DNA of 60,360 nt, filler included, from Hausera hauseri (GCA_046269625.1; 12 parts of 12 records of this genome joined end to end with filler, not necessarily neighbours in it), one strand, 5' to 3'; positions 36,868 to 48,400 are shown, numbered from the whole stretch's first letter. The notes: generated from the letters alone by a model not told the origin. Translations and numbers: made by a program.

Positions 36868-37301
36868 ATGGCTACTAAAGAAAACAATTTAAATGTTTAT
36901 GACTTTAGAAATTTCAAAATCGATGTAGAAAAATTTAATGGACAACCTGATAAGTTGTTAACGTTTTTGAAAGCATATAAATCACAAAGCACCGCATTAG
37001 AAGTTAGTGAAAAAGATCAAATCAGACGTTTGCCTTTATACCTAACAGACATAGCTATAGACGCTTATAACGAGTTAACAGATGCCGAGCGAAAAAATTG
37101 GAACACAATAAGCATAGCAATGATAGACAGATTTCTGCCAACCATGACCCCTCAACAACAATTAATAATTTTCCAGAATAGATTCCAGAAAAATGAATCA
37201 GTTACTCAGTTTGCATACTCTTTGCGACAATTGATTTCCAACTATGTAGAAGCCATAAAATTGGCAAAAATGAGACAAAATGGAAATAATGAAGTCGAAG
37301 A
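36868..37301 (+). CDS. Ty3/Gypsy gag, N-terminal part (cut by contig end)
   Basis: 'VEKFNGQPDKLLTFL...QIRRLPLYLTDIAIDAYNEL...NRFQKNESVTQFAYSL'. Confidence 0.85.
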
Positions 37302-37401
37302 NNNNNNNNNNNNNNNNNNNNNNNNNNNNNNNNNNNNNNNNNNNNTTAATTAATTAANNNNNNNNNNNNNNNNNNNNNNNNNNNNNNNNNNNNNNNNNNN
37401 N
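37302..37401. other. Artificial contig spacer
   Basis: N44-TTAATTAATTAA-N44. Confidence 0.98.
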
Positions 37402-37468
<67 letters not shown>

Positions 37469-37478
37469 CACACACACA
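37402..37478. repeat. (CA)n microsatellite
   Basis: Direct observation. Confidence 0.98.
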
Positions 37479-38910
37479 AACAGCTTCCAGAGTGGTCCAT
37501 TCTAGTTTGATAGAGGGGTTTAGGACTGACAGAACAGTAACTTTTTATTTAACAAAAAGAGATCTCAACAATGAAAGACTTGTCCATCCAGAAACCGAAT
37601 CTGAGATTAAAACATTGATTCTGTTCCTTGGAATTAGTTAGAGGTGGAAACAATTTGAACTCATTTGTTCTTTCTTGTCCAACTGATCTGTCAAAGTTTG
37701 AGGAATGTTTAATAGGAAAGCTGGGCTTTTGGTGACAGATGTGAATAAAAACATCAGGGTAACCTTCAGAGCAGACGATCCAGAGGTGTAAGGATCTATT
37801 TCTACGTGCTCACTCTGTTATTTAGCCTCTTTTCTCCTGCGTTTAAAGTTTCCAGCAGCAGATGAGAAACAATGCAGCTTTTACACATTTGTTGCTGAAT
37901 AAATTTACCAAAAAATTCATGAGACAACAGAACAAAATATAGCAATTATTTGGCTCAGATCAACACTTTACATCTCGACTTTGATCTCTGAAGGCCTCAG
38001 TTTTTGTTCTCTCATTCTCAACGTCAACCCTCCTCATGCAAACGTGCCCTGACTCTGCTGGAAATGTCAGAGAGAAAGAGGGAGAAGCGCTGCCTGTTGT
38101 TCAAATCTTGACAGTCAGGAGGAAGCAGGAGGATCTGTAAGCCTCAGTACAGCTGATGCTGCAGGAGGAAAGCAAATCACAGAGACCTTATTGTGAGTCT
38201 TTCAATGTGGTCTCACAATAAAAAAATAGAGAAAAGCCAGTATTTGTTGTGTAGAGTTAATAAAAACACTGACACAGCTCAGCTCAGATTACACTGGTAT
38301 ATCAGTGTGTATCAACTGCACAGTCAACAATAATCCACAGAATCAGCTTGATAATAAGCCTGGTTGTGGATGTCACCAGAGAGAAATAAAACACTGTCTT
38401 CTGAAGTGCCCTGATTCAACTTTTGTCTCTGGAAAACAACACGGATCCTGTCAGTTACTGTCAACAAGCAGCTCCTCCTCCTGGACCGGTAGGACGCGAG
38501 AAAAGCCACGCGCCTCTGCTGCTGTCACACGCTCAACAATCACCCATCAATCAGCTCTGGACCTGCTCCCTCCCCTCGGCTCAACTGACTGAACGTCACT
38601 CAAACAGGTCGACACACATCTGCAAACACAATAAAAAGCTCCTCTTCCCCTGGAAATCCTCACCACAAAGTGCGTTGATTGCTAAAGAAGATTTCAAAGG
38701 TTTGGAGCTTACACTCACACTTGGAGCTTAGTTTTCAAGGCAACAATTAGAAGAACTTTATTGGAACTAAAGGGCATAAAAATACGACGTTTGGTTTCTT
38801 TTTAGTGGGAGTGGAAGACGCGTTCAGATGCAGAAACTCAAGTTATTGCGACACGCCCCTGTGAGTGGCGTGTCACCTGGACGGTTAGTCACACCACATT
38901 CCACCTCACC

Positions 38911-38913
<3 letters not shown>

Positions 38914-38969
<56 letters not shown>
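38914..38969. repeat. (CA)n microsatellite
   Basis: Direct observation. Confidence 0.98.
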
Positions 38970-38971
<2 letters not shown>

Positions 38972-40228
38972 GATTGTTCCAACTTCTACTGTAACGACTC
39001 TTTCACAACAGATGTTAACAGGTCAAATGTTTTGGTTGCAAAACATAGTTTCCCCTTGAAACTTTGTGACATTTTCTTTTACATCTTGTAAAGAAACCCA
39101 CAGATGTTCTGTGCTCTAACTGTAGATGTAAAGACCAGCAGCTGAGCAGAGGAGACAAACATCACCGTCCTATCTGTGACCTCTGGAATTATTGACAAAA
39201 GTTAAAAATAGCTTCAACATCTCCCAGACCTTTAAACTGGAGAACCAGAGAAAAAAAGCCTCTCTCTCGTGTTTAATCTAAGCTGGAGCTGCATCTCATC
39301 AAGACCAGGTGTTCATTATGTGTTTTAGAGGTGTGTAAATGTGTGCTGGGGTGCAGGACTGGGGGTGCTGTTTATCCATGGGCCACTGCTGGGAGGGACC
39401 TTCAGAAAGCCTGGAAGAGGTTTGGAAATTATGTGTGAGAAATATGGATCAAGTGAGCATGAGGGCCCACCTGTTTAATACACAGGACTTAGAGTTTCAT
39501 AATACACACCTGAATGTGTGTGTGTTGGGTTTGTATGTGTGTGTGCCCCAGGGCAATGCACCTTCTTACACTTTGAACTATCAGCTCAGACTGATAGTCA
39601 TTCAACCTCAGTCCTGCGGCGCCACCTACTGATTCTCTCTGTTCAGTAAAAGTCAAAAGACCAAAAGAAGTGGTAAACTGTCTACATGTGGAAACTTTTC
39701 ATCTCAATCATCCAGTTTATTGACCCGGACCCTCTCCTTTCCAGGTGACAGGGAGCTGGTGCTCATATCCAACAGTCACGTGCATGTGTTTGATCTTTGG
39801 GGAAAAACCAGAGAAAACTCCCTCAGAGAGAACATGCAGATGTTATCTAGAAAGGGAGGCAAACCTGTGATCTTCTTACTGTGAGGTGACAGCTCTAACC
39901 ACTGGTCCACTGCTCCGTCCCATATCATTCACAAGAATTATTGGTAAAAAGCCCATTTATCTTCCAAACTAACGTATTCTAACTGTTAATAAAAGGCGAC
40001 GAATCAAAACCTTGAGCCAGAGTTTCTTGTGATGTTCCAAAGTGACTTTTGAACAACAGCTCTGGATTTTTGAAGGTTTTCAAAGCTTTTCTTTGGACTT
40101 TGGCTGTGATTCCAATGACTGAAGATAATTAATGTGATGTAATGTGATGTAATTAATGTAATGGTCAGATATCCTGGGCCATCCCCACTTGCCTGTCCTG
40201 ATTCCCGTTCTTTTCCACTCCTGTAAAT

Positions 40229-40566
40229 AAATGGACTATGGTAAATGGACTGAACTTATAGAGCGCTTTATCAAGTCCTTCCGGACCCCAAAGCGCTTTA
40301 CACTACAGACATTCACCCACGCACACACACATTCACACACTGATGATGGCAAGCCACATTGTAGCCACAGCTGCCCTGGGGCGCACTGACAGAGGCGAGG
40401 CTGCCGAGCACTGGCGCCACCGGACCCTCTGGCCACCATCAGTAGGCAAGGTGGGTGAAGTGTCTTGCCCAAGGACACAACGACTGAAGGCGGCTGGACG
40501 GGGGATCGAACCGGAGACCTTCCGGTTCCTGGACGACTCCCCTAACCACTCCACCACAGCCGCCCC
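40229..40566 (-). mobile_element. tRNA-derived CORE-type SINE with LINE2-like 3' tail
   Basis: Minus strand A box TGGTGGAGTGG, B box GGTTCGATCCC, core GTGTCCTTGGGCAAGACACTT, tail AAAGCGCTCTATAAGTTCAGTCCATTTACCA. Confidence 0.8.
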
Positions 40567-41453
40567 ATAGGGCTCTCATGCTACATACTGACGTGAAAGT
40601 TCATTCCTCCCAATGATAAGGACTAGAAAAGAGGGAGACACAAAGAAGACAAACAAGCAGGTAAATGAAAAATATCTACCTCATTTTGAAAAACTGACCT
40701 AATTTCAATTAGTCGTGCCATCACCTCATTTCTTGCCTATCGTGACAGGCATGGGCAACAACAAGGAAAGACATAAGAAACCCAATAACTGTTGACTGCT
40801 GATCACTAAAACTTTTAAAACACACTCAAACATCAAAGAAAACTTCCTGTTCTCCAACACAGTTGTCCTTTTAAGTGAGGTGAAAAACATCTTTCATCTC
40901 TAAGAGCTGCTTTGAAACAAAGAGGTAATTTTTCTAATTAGCAGGTCCCACATTCAGCTGTGTCTGGTTAGTTTAATCTGCTACAGGTTGTCTTGTACAT
41001 CTAAAAAAAAAAGTGCTGGTGCAAAACAATCCTATAATATTCATCTGAGAGGTAAATCACTGCTAATCTAAGAAAGTTACAACAACACTAGCCATAATTT
41101 AGCTGATGATACTGAGCTAAAATTTTGTGTGGTAGTAACTGAGCATCATTTCCAACACATACTCTGAGTACCACACATTGTGTGATAGTTTTACTTAGAA
41201 TTTTTGCATCATCTGTTGAAGTTAACCTTGTTTGTCTGTTAGCAAAATATCTCTTGAACCACTTGGTAATTATTATTGAAACTCCGAGAAAGTAATCACT
41301 GGATGCATGTCTGTAACTGATTAACTTGTGGTCTCACCAGGGTTCAACTTGGCCACCAAAGCTAATCGACACTAACTAACACATAAGTGGCTATGATTCA
41401 GTCAGTTTTACAGATGTGGAGCTGACACCTGGTGTGGTAGTTGCTGAGTGTCA

Positions 41454-41553
41454 NNNNNNNNNNNNNNNNNNNNNNNNNNNNNNNNNNNNNNNNNNNNTTA
41501 ATTAATTAANNNNNNNNNNNNNNNNNNNNNNNNNNNNNNNNNNNNNNNNNNNN
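41454..41553. other. Artificial contig spacer
   Basis: N44-TTAATTAATTAA-N44. Confidence 0.98.
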
Positions 41554-41999
41554 ATCTGTAACGTTCTCGGTTTTCGCAATTATCAATTTCGCTTTTCAAA
41601 GCTCTCAGTTTTCACTATTCACAGTTCTGAGTTTTGACTTTACGTTTGGCTATATATACAATTCTGCTTGTTGTTTTATTTTCCTTTTTCCAATATTGAC
41701 AAATTTTCTTTTACTTAGGAATCCATTAAAATCAATTTAGAATTCAATTATTCATTATTTACAACCAATTTAAAATCCAATTGTCCATTGTTTACATTCC
41801 ATTATCACCAATTTTAAATTCAATCCATTATTTACAATTTAAGTCACTTTGCTGACTTAGTGGATTATTTACATTACGCCACACTTTGTCAAGACTTTAG
41901 ACAAATACAAGCGCGATTACAACTATGAAGAAAGCTCAACTCGAAGAATTAATCGAACGACAACGGACCTTAACATTAAGTAAGACAATCAGAATTTCT

Positions 42000-42895
42000 T
42001 CAGAAAAAGCTAAAGATAAACTTATCTAACAAATAATCAGATTTGCCGAACAAGATGAAATACCAAAAGGACGTCAGCGAAAGAAACACTTACAAAGACA
42101 CGGGCATAAATATTATGCATCGAATCAAGATAATATTTTATATTACGAACGAAAAGGACGGAAACTAGTAGTCATTCCAAAAGGATTACGAACAGAAGTA
42201 TTAATTGCTGAACACGATTCACATTTAGCTGGACATATGTCATGGAAGAAAACATTAAAAAGGATATTGAATAAGTATTACTGGCCAAGCGTTTATATTG
42301 ATGTAAAAAACAGGGTGGACGCTTGTGAAATCTGTGCCACGAAACAGAAGAATGTGAAAACTACATAGCAGAATTAAAACCGATCGACGTGTTAGACAGA
42401 CATATGCAAGCCATGTCCATGGATATAGTAGGACCTTACCTACAACTCACAAAAATAACAAATATATTTTAACGTGCCTGGATCGCCTAACACACGTCGT
42501 GGAATTAATAGTACTAATCGACCAGAGGGCAAAAACTTTAGAAGATACAGTAATAAGAAAAGTTTTCTGTAGATACGGACTCCTGATCAAATATTAACCG
42601 ATAGAGGAAGAAATTTTATAAGCAAATTATTCGATAAAATTTTTACGATTTTTGAAATCGAACGACTCACCACCACCGCATATCACTCTCAATGCAACGG
42701 AATGGTCGAACGTATGAATGCAACAGTTTTACGAGTCTTATCGACCGTAGTCGCGAAGGATCAAAAGGACTGGAATAAATTCCTAGAAAGAACGCAATTT
42801 GCTATTAACACGACTCCACATCCTGCCACAGGGTTTAGACCATTTTTATGATGTATGGATGCGAAGCGATATTATCTACGGACTTAGGAATTGTT
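42000..42895 (+). pseudogene. Ty3/Gypsy integrase (H2C2 zinc domain and catalytic core), disrupted
   Basis: 'VIPKGLRTEVLIAEHDSHLAGH...YYWP...CEIC', 'MDIVGP', 'ILTDRGRNF', 'TTAYHSQCNGMVERMN', 'INTTPHPATG'. Confidence 0.9.
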
Positions 42896-44889
42896 ACGAC
42901 CCCTTAAACAACATTTTAGTCAAATCCCTCAAACAACATTTTAGTTGATGTACCATATGGTGATGACTCTATGGTGATGAAACTGCACCTTCAACGGACA
43001 CCTTCAATGGATTGAATGTAACAATGTAATTGTGACGTGTCACATTTGTAACTTTTGACGATGAAATGCACATTTTAAACGAATATTGATTTAAACATTT
43101 TGTACATTTTAATTGATTAAAAATTTGTTTCAATTTTCTTTTGTGTTACCCTGTTAAGTCCCACATGATGGACATTCCTATTTTTCCTGTCTTTTGTACA
43201 ATTAATGTATCCCTAGCCTAAGTGGGTAAACTGAAAAGATATGTTATAAAAATGAATGAGTAGACTGAAAAGATACGTGAAATAATACAATGCATAAAAA
43301 TATAATTTCGAATTGAAAAATATGTGAAATCGAATAATTTCAAATAAGGAATAATTTATCGATATTGGAAATTTGAATAATTATAATCGAAATTGAAAAA
43401 ATGCAATAATTAAAAAAATTGAAATAAGAAAATTAAAAGTACCATTCTAAAAATGGAACTAAACGACATGGTGTCGAACGACCCAGTATAAATACCTGTA
43501 CAATAAACACTCAAAAAACTCTCTTGAACCAATTCAATTTCATTCGACAAACTACGGATTAGGTTAGATCCTATGATAATTTACAGAAACCATTATTATA
43601 TCGTTAGGACAATGGCTGAAGGAAATAATGTCAACTACAACAGTTCATCAGAAGGAGTATTAGGTAATTATCTTTTCAGATTACTCGTGATTATATTTTG
43701 TTTTTCGTTTTTGGTTATGTAAATTTGTATTCATTAATAAATATTTTAAAAAAAATTAAATCGAATGTCAGCATTGAAGCAGGGTAGCGCTGGGTGGTGC
43801 GTTCTGATCAAATCAGAAAATCAGATGGCGATGTTATGAAAGCGAAGATTATTGGATGACTGAAAGTTTCTTGGAACACCCGATGAACATGAGTGTATGA
43901 TGAAACTGATGGAAGACAAAAAAAATTGATAAATGGAACCCAGAAATTATGATGAGCCGATAATGGAACAAGTCAACGCTCGATGATCGACTGACGTCTA
44001 ATTCTATTAAATGTTTCGGAAATTGCTGGGCAGTATCGTAAATAAATACGATTATGTTGTTGTGGTTTAATCGTAAGAGAGAAATCTATTTATAGTACCG
44101 AACTTATGTACAAAATTTGGTGTGGAAATGGTTAAGTCTAGATCATTTTATCTCGACCGAGTTTTAGGAGATTGCCTGCATTACAAGAGGTCAAATCAAG
44201 GATAGGTCAGCGGGACTTGTGGAAGGATAAATTTATGATAGTATACGTCTTTGCGGTACTAATTCAATGTGCAGTCTTGGAAAACGGTGTCGTTTACCAA
44301 CATGATGATCGCGTTTGTGAAGTTTAAAGTCGAGTTGCATGCACTTAACTGAATTAGATGATATTGTATATGTAAAACGAAAATTGCTATATTTATACGT
44401 TAGATAACTGTATTCGATATAAATAAAACCAGCCATGTTTATATTTAAATTATAATGTGCGGTTTATATCGAGAGCGAATGTAATTTAGAATTTAAAATC
44501 AATATAATTAATTTTTTGTGGTAGTGTTGTCTTTGCTGACTAATTTCTTTTTGTTAGTTGTTCATTGATTACGTCTATATTGATTTAAATTTATAATTTA
44601 TTTATCAAAGAAACTATCATTGTAACGACCAGCATTCAACCGTGAAAATATTCATGTGTTTATAGTGGCTATGATCCTTTTTCCATATCTCTAAAATTAG
44701 TGATCATTAGAAACAATGAAGCCCGTTGTAAGAAGATATCTTGGGCAACATATGAAGCATTAGGAAACCCTGAATATTTGCCTGACTTTGAAGAAATAAT
44801 CGATCATTGGGTCAATATTGGTTAGATGATAGAACAAATGAATCTACAGATCCAGATTGTGGAGCGAGTGGAGGAATCATGATGATCAG

Positions 44890-44990
44890 AAGAAGTGTAC
44901 ACATTTTTCAGCCCGTGTGAGTACCTAAACTGTTGAACTTTTGCAATGAGCTAAAGGTCTAAAGGCGACCCATGTGCCGACGATATGAGG
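44890..44990 (+). pseudogene. Degenerate IAP-type RING remnant
   Basis: With one frameshift reads 'FSPCEYLNC*T-FCNELKV*RRPMCRR', compare FxPCGHLxCCxxC..CPMCR. Confidence 0.35.
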
Positions 44991-45000
44991 TTATTTTAAG

Positions 45001-45191
45001 AAGGAACATCTGTCTACCTTCAACTCACGAAATCCTTCAGTTATTAGAGACACTCGAGAATGACACTATCAAACGAAGGAATATGGTTAAAATATGGGTA
45101 ATAAAATCATCGGTAGACGTGAGCTCATATGGATTTATATGTTAGGTACCATTTAAGGCTAATAAGTGTATTAACCCCTGTACCACCAACA
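45001..45191 (+). mobile_element. LTR 3' end (U5-like)
   Basis: Ends CCAACA shortly before a PBS. Shares ordered blocks (atctgtcta, cggtagac, aggtac, aagtgta, caccaa-atata) with minus-strand 29290-29181. Confidence 0.5.
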
Positions 45192-45198
45192 TATAAAC

Positions 45199-45214
45199 TG
45201 GTGCCCCGAGTGAG
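45199..45214 (+). promoter_or_regulatory. Primer binding site (tRNA-Met)
   Basis: TGGTGCCCCGAGTGAG. The first 15 nt are identical to the PBS at 17769-17783. Confidence 0.8.
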
Positions 45215-45280
45215 AACACCATATTGATAAAACAATTAATAACTTTAAAGCAAAAATCCTTACTTAAGTTTGAAATTCAG

Positions 45281-45582
45281 ATGATGACAGATACGCACCA
45301 CTGCGATGTGAAATATGCTGTGGACTGCTCGGAAGAAATTACGCATTGCTGCGATGCACGCACATTATGTGCGTCAAGTGTGCAGATCGATGGCTATCGA
45401 AGAGCCAAACATGCCCTTTCTGCCGAAGAAAAACAAGTTCATATCAGTGCCGAGGAGCCACAGTGGTGGTAATTCTAGACGATGAAGAAGATGAGGAAGA
45501 TGAGCAAGAAAATGAAATGGAGGAAGATCCGAATGAATTATATGTATTAGGGCCAAATCAACTTGTACAGATGCCCATTTGA
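45281..45582 (+). CDS. RING-HC protein with acidic tail (cassette 1)
   Basis: 'CEICCGLLGRNYALLRCTHIMCVKCADRWLSKSQTCPFCR...DDEEDEEDEQENEMEED'. No ATG before the RING; acceptor ttcag| at 45280. Confidence 0.8.
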
Positions 45583-45607
45583 TTGTATATTAAATACAGT
45601 TGTATAG

Positions 45608-45732
45608 AATCAAGTTGTGATAGTTTTGAGGCCGTTTGAATTAGAATGACTGATGAACTAACTGATTTAGACGAACAATATGTGTATAGAAAGCAGTTTG
45701 TAAAAGTGAATGGGATAAAAGGAGGGGAATGA
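45608..45732 (+). pseudogene. Small cassette with one premature stop (cassette 2)
   Basis: Acceptor tgtatag| at 45607, reading 'ESSCDSFEAV*IRMTDEL...KGGE*'; AATAAA at 45749. Confidence 0.3.
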
Positions 45733-45794
45733 TAAATAATATCGATTTAATAAATTAAGGTCTAAGAAATTGGATTGAGGAATATTGATTTTAG

Positions 45795-46030
45795 CTTGCA
45801 TCATCTGTAGAAGATTTCCGGAAACTTGGGATAAGGAGGACAATCCCTGCCCCCTATGTCATTTGGTGGAGAAATTAAGTCAACCAGAAGATTTATTCGA
45901 GTGCAGTTATTGCGGAGAAGAGGTTAACATAGGCTTGATGACGTTGGACGAAGATTACCGTCTATTATGTCCTGTGTGTGATATGACGTGGAATGATCTG
46001 GAGGAAATTGACAAATTAATTAACCTATGA
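45795..46030 (+). CDS. Protein with four CxxC pairs, double zinc ribbon-like (cassette 3)
   Basis: CIIC..CPLC..CSYC..CPVC; acceptor ttttag| at 45794. Confidence 0.65.
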
Positions 46031-46095
46031 AATTTGTAATAAGAATAAATAAATTGATTATTATACTTAGTGAAATTGGATTTCGTTGATTGTAG

Positions 46096-46508
46096 AAAGA
46101 TGCCCCATCTGTTTGGACAACATAACGGGTGAAAGGACAGTGTTACCATGCGGACACATATACTGTCAACCTTGTATCAATACCTGGCTAGAAGAACAAA
46201 GCAACTGTCCTTGTTGTCGGCGAGCCTGCACCTTTTGCTGGATGTGCCTCAAATTGGTGGCAGATAATCTAGTGGTCCTGTCATGCCGTCACGTATTTTG
46301 CCGACCGTGCATTTTGGAGTACCTGAGTTGTAATCAGTATTGCCCTTACTGTCTAGAAACGGTGGATTTCTATGTTGAGGAGGGAATCATTACCTATTTG
46401 AATATTGACAACCGTCCATCCATAATATTGGTAATTGATGAAGACGATGGCAGTTGGCCAGAAGCGTGGAGAAATCCACAACCTTATACTATATTGGATA
46501 TAGATTAA
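46096..46508 (+). CDS. Tandem double RING-HC protein (cassette 4)
   Basis: 'CPIC..LPCGHIYCQPCINTW..CPCCR' directly followed by 'CWMC..LSCRHVFCRPCI..CPYC'; acceptor ttgtag| at 46095. Confidence 0.85.
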
Positions 46509-46558
46509 AAAATTAAATAAAATTAATTATAGCAAATTGTTTATTTCATTTTCTTAAG

Positions 46559-46866
46559 GTTTACCCCGTACTGTGAATCCATCAACTATACTGAGCCATG
46601 GGTTCCCAGCATCTTGCCAAATCAATGATATAAGCGTATACACAACATACAACCCAAATGGAAATTTCACTCCTGTGGGAACCCAATGCACAATCTGTTT
46701 GAATGGGTATTCATTGGACCCAGTAGAGTTGGTCCCATGTAGGCACCAATTTTGCAGGCAATGTTTAAAAGAATGGTTCTCCATTGGAATTACATGCCCA
46801 GTATGCCGTGCTGACAATAAACTGTTTCGATACAAACATAGTTATTATACCATAAAAAATTTGTAA
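46559..46866 (+). CDS. RING-HC protein (cassette 5)
   Basis: 'CTICLNGYSLDPVELVPCRHQFCRQCLKEWFSIGITCPVCR'. No Met codon in the frame; acceptor ttcttaag| at 46558. Confidence 0.85.
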
Positions 46867-46904
46867 ATAAAATAGTGTTCTTGTTTGATTAGGTTATATT
46901 TTAG

Positions 46905-47203
46905 CCGAAATGCAAAGGATAAAAGAATTCAAACTTCAAACATCTGGACAGTACGAACATGCTAAGCCAGTACAATCTAATATCGCGCAGTATATCTTAT
47001 ATTATCAGAATAGACAATTCGGACCAGCATCATTTGTTAAAAGACTGGTAAGCTACTCTAGAGCCATGGTGCTGGACAACTCCATGAGAGATGCACAAAA
47101 CAGAATAACATCATTCCTGAAATATTCAAATTTACCTGTTTCGGAAGAACTAGCAGAAGCATATGCTAAAACCGGATTATTCAGAACCATAACAGGACAG
47201 ATC
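46905..47203 (+). CDS. Probable BIR-domain (IAP-like) protein, cut by contig end (cassette 6)
   Basis: 'MRDAQNRITSF...AEAYAKTGLF' resembles the BIR start RLxTF..LAxAGFY; acceptor ttttag| at 46904. The zinc ligands would lie beyond the gap. Confidence 0.5.
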
Positions 47204-47303
47204 NNNNNNNNNNNNNNNNNNNNNNNNNNNNNNNNNNNNNNNNNNNNTTAATTAATTAANNNNNNNNNNNNNNNNNNNNNNNNNNNNNNNNNNNNNNNNN
47301 NNN
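47204..47303. other. Artificial contig spacer
   Basis: N44-TTAATTAATTAA-N44. Confidence 0.98.
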
Positions 47304-47999
47304 GGAACATGGAGAAACGAAGTGAACCGCACAGTGGTATAAATGACAAAAAGCACAAAAATAATGAGCAAATAAACGACAAGACGCTAGAGAAAATGGA
47401 AATGTGCGAAGAAAGTACATGCAAAAAACAAGATTACATAAAAATGAAAGACATCACCAAATACAACATACAGCCCACTACCAAGTACAATTATGACAGA
47501 AACAACACTATAAAGATCGAGCGAAACAACATATGCAAGTATGCAATTTGAAGACTTAAAAGAAACAGCAAAACAAATAAATCCTCAGCAGCACTGAAGA
47601 AGTCTGATGCAATAGAAAGAGGATTGCTAGAAATAAGAGGAAGAGGAATAGGAAAATCGCGTGGTGGGGATCTAAACACTTACAAGTAACTATAAGGTAC
47701 CCGCAGCCATCATACCAAACAGGAACAGTTGATTTTAAAGGAATATCTCCAGAATTCAATTTTTCAAAACCCAGAAACTGCTTCTACAGTCACGACATAA
47801 GGCCAATACCAGAATTACCAGTAGCAACTGGACTACTTGACTAGTGGGAAAAAAGAATAATGGCAAACAATAACTTCCTAAAGGGATAGACAACAACAAC
47901 AGTAGTAACAACTGTAGGTGCAGGAGTAACGGAAGCTGGAACATCAAAAACATTATCAACACCACTAATGCTACCAACCAAGAAACAAACAATACCAAA

Positions 48000-48400
48000 T
48001 GATGCTCAAGAAAACGAAGCGACATTACAAAAATACTGCGCTCACCTGAACTTTCAAACAGGAGTAACACGTATTAGCATCAGAACCAGTGTCATACAAC
48101 TACGATTACACCATCATGCGACTACTGGAGCGAAACACCTTAGAACAATGTTATGGAATGCAGTAAAAAGCAATAGAGGTAAAATAGAGGCTAAACAATT
48201 TACAGTTTATCGGAAGCTTCAATACCATAGATAGCAGACAGGTGTAGAGTATCTGTGCAATCAAGTAAACTTTAAAACTCTCACTATTATTTTGAGACTC
48301 AAATATACTATATAAGAAGTAAGTTTCATCTCTCAATTATGAATTATCGAAAATTTGAACAGGAGGGCAACGAAAATGTACGCATCATTCTCTCACGCGA
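48000..48400 (+). mobile_element. Highly decayed LINE-like (CR1/L2 group) remnant
   Basis: Only 'IENLNRRATKM' (compare LExVQRRATK) is recognisable. Confidence 0.25.

Larger units (their letters stand above)
37402..41453. other. Non-coding contig of probable teleost fish origin
   Basis: Higher GC, visibly few CpGs, long (CA)n tracts and a fish-type SINE. No credible ORF. Confidence 0.7.

Noticed and set aside
38305-39632. Short ORFs on the fish-like contig
   Set aside because: No domains; one translates a (CA)n tract.
45281-46910. Flatworm spliced leader (ending in AUG) supplying the cassette start codons
   Set aside because: That needs phase-0 acceptors; all the acceptors here are phase 1.
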